Source: Malacoraja senta | Taxonomy: Eukaryota | DNA length: 64,000 bases | Assembly: GCA_038087875.1 (NCBI GenBank) | Contig: JAXLNO010000158.1 | Location: 1 to 64,000 of the forward strand | Direction of reading: 5' to 3' | Shown here: positions 29,697 to 41,625 of the stretch, one piece after another | How the letters are laid out: each line of letters starts with the position of its first letter | Position numbering within the stretch: the first letter of the stretch is position 1 | Program-made: the position numbers and the translations under genes | Notes under the pieces: model-generated | Seen by the model: the letters and a program-made list of their open reading frames with translations, nothing else | Told to the model about the DNA's origin: nothing | Database searches by the model: none

Positions 29697-30360
29697 TGGA
29701 CCAAATGTGGGCAGGTGGGACTAGCCTGGATGGGACATTTCGGCCAGCATGGGCAAGTTGGGACAAAGGGCTTGTTTCCCTGCGATGCGTGTGTGTCTCC
29801 ATGACTTTAATCTAAAACTAAACACAGTAGCTAAGGTGAGGCACAAGGCGATTACCAGTTGCTGCTTAACATGCCGATGTTTGTTCAAAGCCATGCAAAA
29901 AAAGGGGGGAATTCAATAGATAAGAATGTGATTTATAATTTCAAACGGATTTGAAGCGTGGGGAGCTGTGGAGCGGACTCCTGGTGTTGACACTTGAATA
30001 TGAGCATCTCTCAAGGGAGATTAACTCTGGTCAAAGTAACCTGGAGGACCCACAGCCTGATCCTCCCACGAACAAGAGAGAAATCTCTTTAGTCACAGGG
30101 AGGTGAATCTGTGGAATTCATTGCCACAGAAGGCTGTGGAGGCCAAGTCAATGGATATGAGATAGATCGATTCTTGTGTGTGAAGGAACTGCAGATGCTG
30201 GTTTATACCGAAGTTAGACACAAAATGCTGGAGTAACTCAGCGGGACAGGCAGCATCTCTGGAGAGAAGGAATGGGCGACGTTGCAAAAATAGGAAGCTA
30301 AATCAGACCAACAATGCAAAACAATTTGTCAAATGTGAACGCATCCAACAAAATATATTC

Positions 30361-30922
30361 CAGGTGCGACAGAGGTTCACCTGCACCTCCTCCAACCTCA
30401 TCTATTGCATCCGCTGCTCTAAGATGTCAGCTGATCTACATCGGTGAGACCAAGCGGAGGCTTGGCGATCGTTTCGGCGAACACCTCCGCTCGGTTCGCA
30501 ATAACCAACCTGATCTCCCGGTGGCTCAGCACTTCAACTCCCCCTCCCATTCCGAATCCGACCTTTCTGTCCTGGGCCTCCTCCATGGCCAGAGTGGACA
30601 CCACCGGAAATTGGAGGAACAGCACCTCATGTTCCGCTTGGGCAGTCTGCACCCTAGCAGCATAAACATTGACTTCTCCAATTTCCGGTAGCCATTGCTG
30701 TCTCCTCCCCATCTCAGCTCTCCCTCAGCCCTCTGGCTCCTCCTTTTCCTTTCTCCTTTCTTCTCCCCGCCCCCCCCCCCTTCCACCCTACATCAGTCTG
30801 AAGAAGGGTTTCGGCCCGAAACGTTGCCTATTTCCATCGCTCCATAGATGCTGCCGCACCCGCTGAGTTTCTCCAGCACTTTTGTCTACCTTCGATTGTC
30901 CAGCATCTGCAGTTCCTTCTTA
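30361..30922 (+). mobile_element. Penelope-like element, 5'-truncated: GIY-YIG endonuclease plus hammerhead-bearing terminal repeat
   Basis: FTCTSSNLIYCIRCS (frameshift near 30421) RCQLIYIGETKRRLGDRFGEH...VAQHFN...; stop at 30691; hammerhead core 30798-30825; 14-bp TSD AACAAAATATATTC. Confidence 0.88.
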
Positions 30923-33074
30923 AACAAAATATATTCATGCCTCTGTTCTGTTTATTGGCAAACTCTTATGAAAGAGCTCCCTAACCCCTTATTAAGAATA
31001 AGGGGTAGGCTATTTAGGACTGAGATGAGGAAAAACCTTTTCACCCAGAGAGTCGTGAATCTGTGGAATTCTCTGCCACAGAAGGCAGTGGAGGCCAATT
31101 CACTGGATGCTTTCAATAGAGAGTTAGATAGAGCTCTTGGGGCTATCGGAATCAAGGGATATGGGGAAATAGCAGGAACGGGGTACTGATTCTGGATGAT
31201 CAGCCGTGATCATATTGAATGGCACGCTGGCTCGAAGGGCCGAATGGCCTACTCCTGCACCTACTTTCTATGTTTCTATGTTTCGGCTCGAGATCCTTCA
31301 TCGGACTGATAGGATGATAGAATGAAGATGGATTCTTGATTAGTATGATTGTCGGGGGATATGGGGAGAGTGGGGTTACGAGGGTAAGGGTAGATCAGCC
31401 ACCATTGAATTGGGGAGTAGATTTGATGGGCCGAAGGGTCAAATTCTGCTCCTATCACTTATGAACTTATGAACTAAGCTCCCTATCCATGGGCATTTTT
31501 TGTCCTCCATAGATGCTGCCTCACCCGCTGAGTTTCTCCAGCATTTTTTGTCGACCTTCGATTTTTTTTCCAGCATCTGCAGTTCTTTCTTAAACATTTC
31601 GTCCACTCCACGGCGAAATCTCCTCAAGGTCTGTCTACTTTGAAGAAGTTCTCCTCCTCTCTCCGAAGACAATTTAGCAACATCCTCTCACACTGCTCCT
31701 TCCCTCCGACTCTCTCCTGCAAGTCCCGCTGTCTCCGCCGGCAAAATTGTACATTGTCCCCCGTGTGTAGGATAGCATTGCCTGTCTTCTCCTGTCGTAG
31801 GTTGTCGCCAGGATGAAGCCAGGCGAAGTTGGCTCTCGCCGGGTCGTGACCTCGGTGAATTCCATTGGCGACAGCCTACGTCATCCTACGTCAAGCGGCG
31901 ACAGTTCCGGCGTCAAGAGAAGTCTTCAGTTGTCTTCATTTGTCACCGACCGGGTCATAGCTTGTCGTAGCTAGTCGCTGGTGGAGGTAGGTTGACTTTG
32001 GGTGTCGTAGGTTGTCGCCTGTGTGGTCGAAGGTTGTGGTAGCTTGACTAGGTGGTAGCTTGTCGTGGGGTGGGTGAAAAAGCCGGTTGTCTGGCGTCAT
32101 GCCACCACAGTCGCCTAAAAAATCGCCTAAGTGGGACAGGCCCTTAAGGGATACAGTGTGGAAACAGACCTTTCAGTCCACTGAGTCCACACCGACCAGC
32201 GATTACCCATGTACTAGCTCTAACCTATGCATGAGGGACAATTTACACAAACCACTTAACCTACAAACCTGCACGCCTTCGGGATGTGGGAGGAATCCAG
32301 AGCCAGGAATCCAGCCAACCAATATTTAAGGCAGGTAATATGAGAACATATAAAAGCCATTTGGACGGGTTTGGATCGGAAAGGTTTAGAGCGATATACA
32401 GTGGACCCAACACACTGGTCTTGGGACCATGGTAGATGGGGCATCTTGGACAGCACGGCCAAGATGGGCTGAAGGGCCAGTTTCTGAGCTTCGCGACTCT
32501 CTATATATTAATGTCATAGGGTAATAATCCAGCAGGGAAACAGGCTATTTGGCCCATGGAGTTTGCGACCACCTAGTAATATTAATGGCTCACTTTTCCC
32601 ACTTTATTCTTCCCACATTCCCATCAATTTCTCCCAGATTCTATCCCACCTTCCCACATACTCGGGACAATTGGCAGACACCTGCAGGTACTCCTGGCAT
32701 GTGATGTGGGCGGAAACCGAGCACCCGGGGGAAACCCACGCGGTTCCAGGGAGAACGTGGAAACTCCGCAAAGATAGCATGAAAGGTCAGGATCGAACCC
32801 AGGTCTCTGGCGCTGTGAGGCAGCAGCTCTGTGGGCTGAAGAACCACGAATGAGTAGATAAATAGTTAGATGTGGCCCTTGTGGCTAAAGGGATCAGGGG
32901 GTATGGAGAGAAGGCAGGTACGGGATACTGAGTTGGATGATCAGCCATGATCATATTGAATGGCGGTGCAGGCTCGAAGGGCCGAATGGCCTACTCCTGC
33001 ACCTATTTTCTATGTATCTATGTAACTCCACAGATAGAAAGAAAGATTGTTTATCATCTTTAGTTTTCAGCTTT

Positions 33075-33741
33075 AGACAATAGACAATAGACAATAGGTG
33101 CAGGAGTAGGCCATTCGACCCTTCGAGCCAGCACCGCCATTCAATGTGATCATGGCTGATCATCCCCAATCAGTACCCCGTTCCTGCCTTCTCCCCATAT
33201 CCCCTGACTCCACTATCTTCAAGAGTCCTATCTAGTTCTCTCCTGAAAGTATCCAGAGAACTGGCCTCCACCGTGCAGAGAATTCCACAGACTCACCACT
33301 CTCTGTGTGAAAAAGTGTTTCCTCATCTCCGTTCTAAATGGCTTACCCCTTATTCTTAAACTGTGGCCCCTGGTTCTGGACTCCCCCAACATCGGGAACA
33401 TGTTTCCTGCCTCTAGCGTGCCCGAACCCTTAACAATCTTATATGTTTCAATAAGATAGCCTCTCATCCTTCTAAACTGTACAAGCCCAGCTGCTCCATT
33501 CTCTCAGCATATGACAGTCCCGCCATCCCAGGAATTAACCTTGTAAACCTACGCTGCACTCCCTCAATAGCAAGAATGTCCTTCCTCAAATTTGGAGACC
33601 AAAACTGCACACAATACTCCAGGTGTGGTCTCACTAGGGCCCTGTACAACTACAGAAGGACCTCTTTGCTCCTATACTCAACTCCTCTTGTTATGAAGGC
33701 CAACATGCCATTCGCTTTCTTCACTGCCTGCTGTACCTGCA
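33075..33741 (-). mobile_element. CR1 subfamily B 3' fragment
   Basis: ORFs 33228-33467 and 33464-33649. Confidence 0.88.
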
Positions 33742-34445
33742 CGCAGTTAATTTTAGATACAGCATGGACACAGGCCCTTCGGCCCATCGATCGACCATTC
33801 ACACCAGTTCCATGTTATCCCACTTTTGCAACCTACACATTGGGGACAACTAACCTACAAATCTGTGCGTAAGAAGGAACTGCAGACGCTGGTTTAAACC
33901 GAAGATAGACACAAAAAGTTGGAGTAACTCAGCTGTGCAAAGAGGTGGCAGCAGTTAGCGAGATGAAAACCAAGTACGAATTAGTTAGTCAATGGCCTCG
34001 GGTTGAAGATGAGGCTCAGTTTAGTTTAGGAAGATAGACACAAAATGCTGGAGTAACTCAGCGGGACAGGCAGTATCTCTGGAGAGAAGGATTGGGTGAC
34101 GTTTCGGGTCGAGACCCTTCTCCAGACCTACAAACCTGCACGTCTTTGGGAAGTGGGAGGAAACTGGAGCACCTGAGAAAACCCATACGGTCACAGGGAG
34201 AACGTGTAAACTCCACATAGACAGCACCGACAGTTAGGATCGAACCCGCGTCTCGCAAGAGCTGCCTCACCAGCGTTTTGTATGAATGCAACATAAAGTT
34301 CCAACTCCTGTACTCAATTGCACTGTCAACTTCTAAGCTGTCCACTTCATATGTTGCTATGGGAGTCTTCATCTTAAAGCGTGCGGCGTGGAAACTGGCC
34401 CTTCAGCCCATCAAGTTCACTCTGCCTATCGAACACCCATTCGTT

Positions 34446-35215
34446 TATTATCTAAATGGTGGCCGACTCGGAAAAGGGGAGATGCAGCGAGACCTGGGTG
34501 TCATGGTACACCAGTCATTGAAAGTAGGCATGCAGGTGCAGCAGGCAGTGAAGAAAGCGAATGGTATGTTAGCTTTCATAGCAAAAGGATTTGAGTATAG
34601 GAGCAGGGAGGTTCTACTGCAGTTGTACAGGGTCTTGGTGAGACCACACCTGGAGTATTGCGTACAGTTTTGGTCTCCAAATCTGAGGAAGGACATTATA
34701 GCCATAGAGGGAGTGCAGAGAAGGTTCACCAGACTGATTCCTGGGTTGTCAGGACTGTCTTATGAAGAAAGACTGGATAGACTTGGCTTATACTCTCTAG
34801 AATTTAGGAGATTGAGGGGGGATCTTATAGAATTACAAAATTCTTAAGGAGTTGGACAGGCTAGATGCAGGAAGATTGCTCCCGATGTTGGTGAAGTCCA
34901 GGACAAGGGGTCACAGCTTAAGGATAAGGGGGAAATCCTTTAAAACCGAGATGAGAAGAACTTTTTTCACACAGAGAGTGGTGAATCTCTGGAACTCTCT
35001 GCCACAGAGGGTAGTTGAGGCCAGTTCATTGGCTATATTTAAGAGGGAGTTAGATGTGGCCCTTGTGGCTAAAGGGATCAGGGGGTATGGAGAGAAGGCA
35101 GGCACTGGATACTGAGTTGGATGATCAGCCATGATCATATTGAATGGCGGTGCAGGCTCGAAGGGCCGAATGGCCTACTCCTGCACCTAATTTCTATGTT
35201 TCTATGTTTCTATGT
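34446..35215 (+). mobile_element. CR1 subfamily A 3' fragment
   Basis: ORFs 34278-34847 and 34852-35115; TCTATGTT tail. Confidence 0.9.
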
Positions 35216-35962
35216 TAAGTTGAGTTTAGTTTATTGTCACGTGTACCGAGGTACAGTGGAGAGCTTTTGTTGCGTGCTAACCAGTCAGCGGAAAGACAAT
35301 ACATGATTACAGTCCAGCCGTCCACAGCGTACAGATACAGGATAAAATGAATAACGTTTAGTGGAAGATAAAGTCTGATTAAAGATGAAAGATGACCAAT
35401 GATGTAGATGGTACCTCAAGGCCACTCACTAGTTGGCGATAGGACGGTTCAGTTGCCTGATAACAGCTGGGAAGAAACAGTCCCTGAATCTGCAGGTGAG
35501 CGTTTTCACACTTCTGTCCCTCTTGCCCGATGGGAGAGGGGACAAGAGGGAGTGGCCGGGGGTGAGTGAGACTAGCTCCATGTTGTCTCACTTTCACAAA
35601 CCAGACGCACAACGATACAGTTACCTGACTGGTGTTTAGTAATCGGCGCGGTGGCGCAGCGGTAAAGTTGCCGCCTCACAGTGCCAGAGACCTGGGTTCG
35701 ATCCTGAGTACGGGTGTTGTCTGTATGGAGTTTGCACGATGTCCCTATGACCACCCCGACGTGGGGGGCTTCGACCGCCGGCTGCGGGAGCTTCGATCGC
35801 CCCGACCACGGGAGAATAAAGAGAAAGAGGACTGGACTTTTTTTGCCTTCGAACACAGTGGGGAATGTGGGGAATCCGCTGTGGTGGATGTTTATGTTAA
35901 CTTTTATGTAGTTGTGTGTCTTGTTGCTTTTTTTTCGTACGGCTCTTGAGTATGGCTCGTAC

Positions 35963-36500
35963 GAGCAAAGAGGTCCTTCTGCAGTTGTACAGGGCCCTGG
36001 TGAGACCACACCTGGAGTATTGTGTGCAGTTTTGGTCCCCTAATTTGAGGAAGGACATTCTTGCTATTGAGGGAGTGCAGCGTAGGTTCACCAGGTTAAT
36101 TCCCGGGATGGCGGGACTGTCATATGCTGAGAGAATGGAGCGGCTGGGCTTGTACACTCTGGAGTTTAGAAGGATGAGAGGGCATCTCATTGAAACATAT
36201 AAGATTGTTAAGGGTTTGGACACGCTAGAGGCAGGAAACATGTTCCCGATGTTGGGGGAGTCCAGAACCAGGGGCCACAGTTTAAGAATAAGGGGTAAGC
36301 CATTTAGAACGGAGACGAGGAAACACTTTTTCTCACAGAGAGTGGTGAGTCTGTGGAATTCTCTGCCTCAGAGGGCAGTGGAGGCTGGTTCTCTGGATGC
36401 TTTCAAGAGAGAGCTAGATAGGGCTCTTAAAGATAGCGGAGTCAGGGGATATGGGGAGAAGGCAGGAACGGGGTACTGATTGGGGATGATCAGCCATGAT
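35963..36500 (+). mobile_element. CR1 subfamily B fragment lacking its tail
   Basis: C-terminus of ORF 35916-36479; ends abruptly at CAGCCATGAT. Confidence 0.85.
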
Positions 36501-37967
36501 GAGGATTGGAGGGTAGCTAATGTAACCCCACTTTTTAAAAAGGGAGGGAGAGAGAAAATGGGGAATTACAAACCAGTTAGTCTAACATCGGTAGTGGGGA
36601 AACTGCTATTCAGTTATTAAAGATGTGATAGCAGCACATTTGGAAAGTGGTGAAATCATTCGACAAAGTCAGCATGGATTTACGAAAGGTAAATCATGTC
36701 TGACGAATCTTATAGAATTTTTAGAGGATGTAACTAGTAGAGTGGATAAGGGAGAACCAGTGGATGTTCTGGACTTTCTGGACTTTCAGAAGGCTTTCGA
36801 CAAGGTCCCACATAAGAGATTAGTATACAAACTTAAAGCACACGGTATTGGGGGTTCAGTATTGATGTGGATAGAGAACTGGCTGGCAAACAGGAAGCAA
36901 AGAGTAGGAGTAAACGGGTCTTTTTCAGAATGGCAGGCAGTGATTAGTGGGGTACCGCAAGGCTCAGTGCTGGGACCCCAGCTATTATCAATATATATTA
37001 ATGATTTGGACGAGTGAATTGAATGCAACATCTCCAAGTTTGCGGATGACACGAAGCTGGGGGGCAGTGTTAGCTGTGAGGAGGATGCTAGGAGGCTGCA
37101 AGGTGACTTGGATAGGCTGGATGAGTGGGCAAATGCATGGCAGATGCAGTATAATGTGGATAAATGTGAGGTTATCCACTTTGGTGACAAAAACAGGAAA
37201 GTAGACTATTATCTGAATGGTGGCCGATTAGAAAAAGGGGAGATGCAACGAGACCTGGGTGTCATGGTACACCCGTCATTGAAAGTAGGCATGCAGATGC
37301 AGCAGGCAGTGAAGAAAGCGAATGGTATGTTAGCATTCATAGCAAAAGGATTGGAGTATAGGAGCAGGGAGGTTCTACTGCAGTTGTACAGGGTCTTGGT
37401 GAGACCACACCTGGAGTATTGCGTACAGTTTTGGTCTCCAAATCTGAGGAAAGACATTCTTGCCATAGAGGGAGTACAGAGAAGGTTCACCAGACTGATT
37501 CCTGGGATGTCAGGAGTTTCATATTAAGAAAGACTGGATAGACTCGGCTTGTACTCGCTAGAATTTAGAAGATTGAGGGGGATCTTATAGAAACTTACAA
37601 ATTCTTAAGGGGTTGGACAGGCTAGATGCAGGAAGATTGTTCCCGATGTTGGGGAAGTCCAGGACAAGGGGTCACAGTTTAAGGATAAAAGGGGAAATCT
37701 TTTAGGACCGAGATGAGAAAAACATTTTCACACAGAGAGTGGTGAATCTCTGGAATTCTCTGCCACAGAAGGTAGTTGAGGCCAGTTCATTGGCTATATT
37801 TAAGAGGGAGTTAGATGTGGCCCTTGTGGCTAAAGGGATCAGGGGGTATGGAGAGAAGGCAGGTCCAGGATACTGACTTGGATGATCAGCCATGATCATA
37901 TTGAATGGCGGTGCAGGCTCGAAGGGCCGAATGGCCTACTTCTGCACCTATTTTCTATGTTTCTATG
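36501..37967 (+). mobile_element. CR1 subfamily A, degenerate RT fragment
   Basis: ORFs 36625-37017 and 37108-37527 with stops and frameshifts. Confidence 0.9.
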
Positions 37968-39768
37968 AGCTATTAATACTGCTACACCTCACTGAGGTGT
38001 TGAATGCTTACAATAACTGTCATCCTCTCCATTTGGCCTTGATAGTGTGGAGGCCCTTTCCTGTGTGCATTCTTGCAATTATCCATGATTGCTGGCAGTC
38101 TTTCCTCAGTTGAAGATATTTTATCTTTCATTTGCTATTGATGTACATTCTAGACAGATGCTTGGCTTAAATAGAAATTCTGCCATCGATTTCCATCTCA
38201 CTGTCCCTAAAAAACATGGTTTCCCATATCGTAGTTAAAGTAACTCCAGACCCAGCTTCCCAGTGGGCAGGAGCCGTTTGATGGTCTGAATTTCAACTCT
38301 CTGTCTCTCCCCGCTGTTCTACATCCTCACCTTCTGTGAGGCCAATGATGATATTTGTTTATGTCAAATGCATGGACAAATATGGGCACATCTGATATTG
38401 ACCGTTGCCATAAGCAATAACACATAATTCTGTGGTAGAATTTCCAGCATCTGCAGTTCCTTCTTAAACACATAATTCTGTTATTGCTTATTGCATAGGT
38501 CTGAAGAAGGGTCTCGACCCAAAATATCACCCATTCCTTCACTCCAGAGATGCTGCCTGTCCCGCTGAGTCACTCCAGCTCTTTGGTTTAAACCAGCATC
38601 TGCAGTTCCTTCCTACACAACACATAATAAAAGGGTAGGGAGTCAAAGAGTCAAAGTCACAACAGTGCCCGGATTTATATCCCATTTGATATCATTGTAT
38701 ACATGGAAATGTGAAAATATTGCTTGAAATATTGGATAGGTACTTAATTTGTCTTTTGGTGTCTGAAATTAAATTTGTCTTTTCTAATATTTGTAGATGC
38801 TTCCTATGTTAAATTTTAAGTCAATCACTGTTAAATGATCTGTATCTTTTGGGATTTAATTGAATATATACAAGTATACCAAAATACTGATTACCCATAT
38901 AATCTTGGAACTCATTAGAGACAGCAGCATTTGCTTATTACTTGATGACAGCTGCCAAAACCTCTCAATTAAATTGTAAATGTCCCTAATACAAAGAGAT
39001 GTCGATTGCTGAGAACTAGCAGTGCAGCAGAGGCAGGTGTTTCAGAATTCATTATTAAAGAGACTGCCAAAAGTAATGATGCTGTCAACAATAACATGTG
39101 GACTAGAACTGACAAGAAAAAAAACATGGATTTAAATAAGGCAAGAATAGAGCGCACAGCTACACATCCAACCTCTGGAGCCATCAATTAACACCATTTA
39201 TTAACTCATTTTAATGGCTGTATCAACACCGTGAAATTAGAAACCTTTTATTAACGGTGAGAAAACAAACAATTTGTTTTGTATCAGAGAGTACTCCAGA
39301 TTTGGATTCTTCTCACCTGATACTCAAAGAAGGTGTTTAGTACATAAGCAAGCCCCTCAGTTAAATGAGGTCAGTGGCCCGTGATATTTACTGTCACTTA
39401 TGAAGATTGGTGGTTTCAACAAGCTTTGGGCATAAGTATGCTAGCTCAGTTCACATAAATACTGTCAGAAAAGGAGTAAACAAAATTGGGAAGGGGAACA
39501 AATTGTGGTGGGGATACTGAATTTGACAGCATGGATATTTCTCTTGTGGCCAGCATGCTGTACTAAATCCATACAAGACGTTTTCACCTGGTCTTTCTTC
39601 CCGACCTGATTTGTTTTGTTTCAAATAGATCCAGTTTGATTCCTCACTTAAAAGCTGTTGCCGTTTCCCTTCATCTAGTGTATCCAGTTAGACATTTTTT
39701 TGTCTTATTAACTATTGGCAGAAAATAACTTCTCTTTGACCTCTCTCTTTTCTTCTATGGGTGATATA

Positions 39769-41381
39769 CAGTGGCTTGCAAAAGTTTTCATACCCCTTGA
39801 ACTTTTCCACATTTTGTCACGTTACAACCACAAACGTAAATGTATTTTATTGGGATTTTATGTGATAGACCAACACAAAGTGGTGCATAATTGTGAAGTG
39901 GAAGGAAAATGATACATGGTTTTCAAATGTTTTTACAAATAAAAAACTGAAAAGTGTCGCGTGCAAAAGTATTCAGCCCCCGTGAGTCAATACTTTGTAG
40001 AACCACCTTTCGCTGCAATTACAGCTGCAAGTCTTTTGGGGTATGTCTCTACCAGCTTTGCACATCTAGAGACTGAAATTTTTGCCCATTCTTCTTTGCA
40101 AAATAGCTCAAGCTCAGTCAGATTGGATGGAGAGCGTCTGTGAACAGCAATTTTCAAGTCTTGCCAGAGATTCTCAATTGGATTTAGGTCTGGACTTTGA
40201 CTGGGCCATTCTAACACATGAATATGCTTTGATCTAAACCATTCCATTGTAGCTCTGGCTGTATGTTTAGGGTCGTTGTCCTGCTGGAAGGTGAACCTCC
40301 GCCCCAGTCTCAAGTCTTTTGCAGACTCTAACAGGTTTTCTTCCAAGATTGCCCTGTATTTGGCTCCATCCATCTTCCCATCAACTCTGACCAGCTTCCC
40401 TGTCCCTGCTGAAGAAAAGCATCCCCACAGCATGATGCTGCCACCACCATGTTTCACAGTGGGGATGGTGTGTTCAGGGTGATGTGCAGTGTTAGGTTTC
40501 CGCCACACATAGCATTTTGCATTTAGGCCAAAAACTTCAATTTTGGTCTCATCTGATCAGAGCACCTTCCTCCCACATGTTTGCTGTGTCCCCCACATGG
40601 CTTGTGGAAAACTGCAAACGGGACTTCTTATGGCTTTTTTTCAACAATGGCTTTCTTCTTGCCACTCTTCCATAAAGGCCCGATTTGTGGAGTGCACGAC
40701 TAATAGTTGTCCTGTGGACAGATTCTCCCACCTGAGCTGTGGATCTCTGCAGCTCCTCCAGAGTTACCATGGGCCTCTTGGCTGCTTCTCTGATCAATGC
40801 TCTCCTTGTCTGTCAGTTTAGGTGGACGGCCATGTCTTGGTAGGTTTGCAGTTGTGCCATACTCTTTCCATTTTCGGATGATGGATTGAACAGTGCTCCA
40901 TGAGATGTTCAAAGCTTGATATATTTGTTTATAACCTAACCCTGCTTTAAACTTCTCCACAACTTTATCCCTGACCTGTCTGGTGTGTTCCTTGGACTTC
41001 ATGATGCTGTTTGTTCACTAATGTTCTCTAACAAACCTCTGAGGCCTTCACAGAACAGCTATATTTATACTGAGATTAGATTACACACAAGTGGACTCTA
41101 TTTACTAATTAGGTGACTTCTGAAGGCAATTGGTTGCACTGGATTTTATTTAGGGGTATCAGAGTAAAGGGGGCTGAATACTTTTGCATGCGACACTTTT
41201 CAGTTTTTTATTTGTAAAAAAATTTGAAAACCATGTATCATTTTCCTTCCACTTCACAATTATGCGCCACTTTGTGTTGGTCTATCACATAAAATCCCAA
41301 TAAAATACATTTACGTTTGTGCTTGTAACGTGACAAAATGTGGAAAAGTTCAAGGGGTATGAATACTTTTGCAAGCCACTG
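39769..41381 (-). mobile_element. Full-length Tc1-family DNA transposon (Passport-like)
   Basis: About 213-bp TIRs starting CAGTGGCTTGCAAAAGT with an internal direct repeat GCAAAAGTATTCA; TA TSD; 1613 bp long. Confidence 0.95.
39987..41002 (-). pseudogene. Tc1 DD34E transposase, disrupted
   Basis: MKSKEHTRQVRDKVVEK...[28 protein letters not shown]. Split over three frames, with frameshifts near 40810 and 40570 and a TGG>TGA stop. Confidence 0.92.
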
Positions 41382-41625
41382 TATATGTATGCCATGTGGT
41401 TGTTGACTTACAGAGTAGAAGAAGCTATCTTTCCTTATTAGAAAAATCTCTTGAAATTTTAAGTATGTGGACTCCCTAGGTTTTGCTTGACTTGACATAA
41501 AAATCTGCCTTTTACGTACATGCTCCCATATATTTTTCAAAGCATTTCAAGATAATAATAAATAATAATAATAATAATAATAATTATAATAATAATAACC
41601 TTCATATTATCCATTATTGGATGGT

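Noticed and set aside
38969..39187. Hydrophobic 72-aa minus-strand ORF
   Set aside because: Short, with no recognisable family or convincing splice signals.
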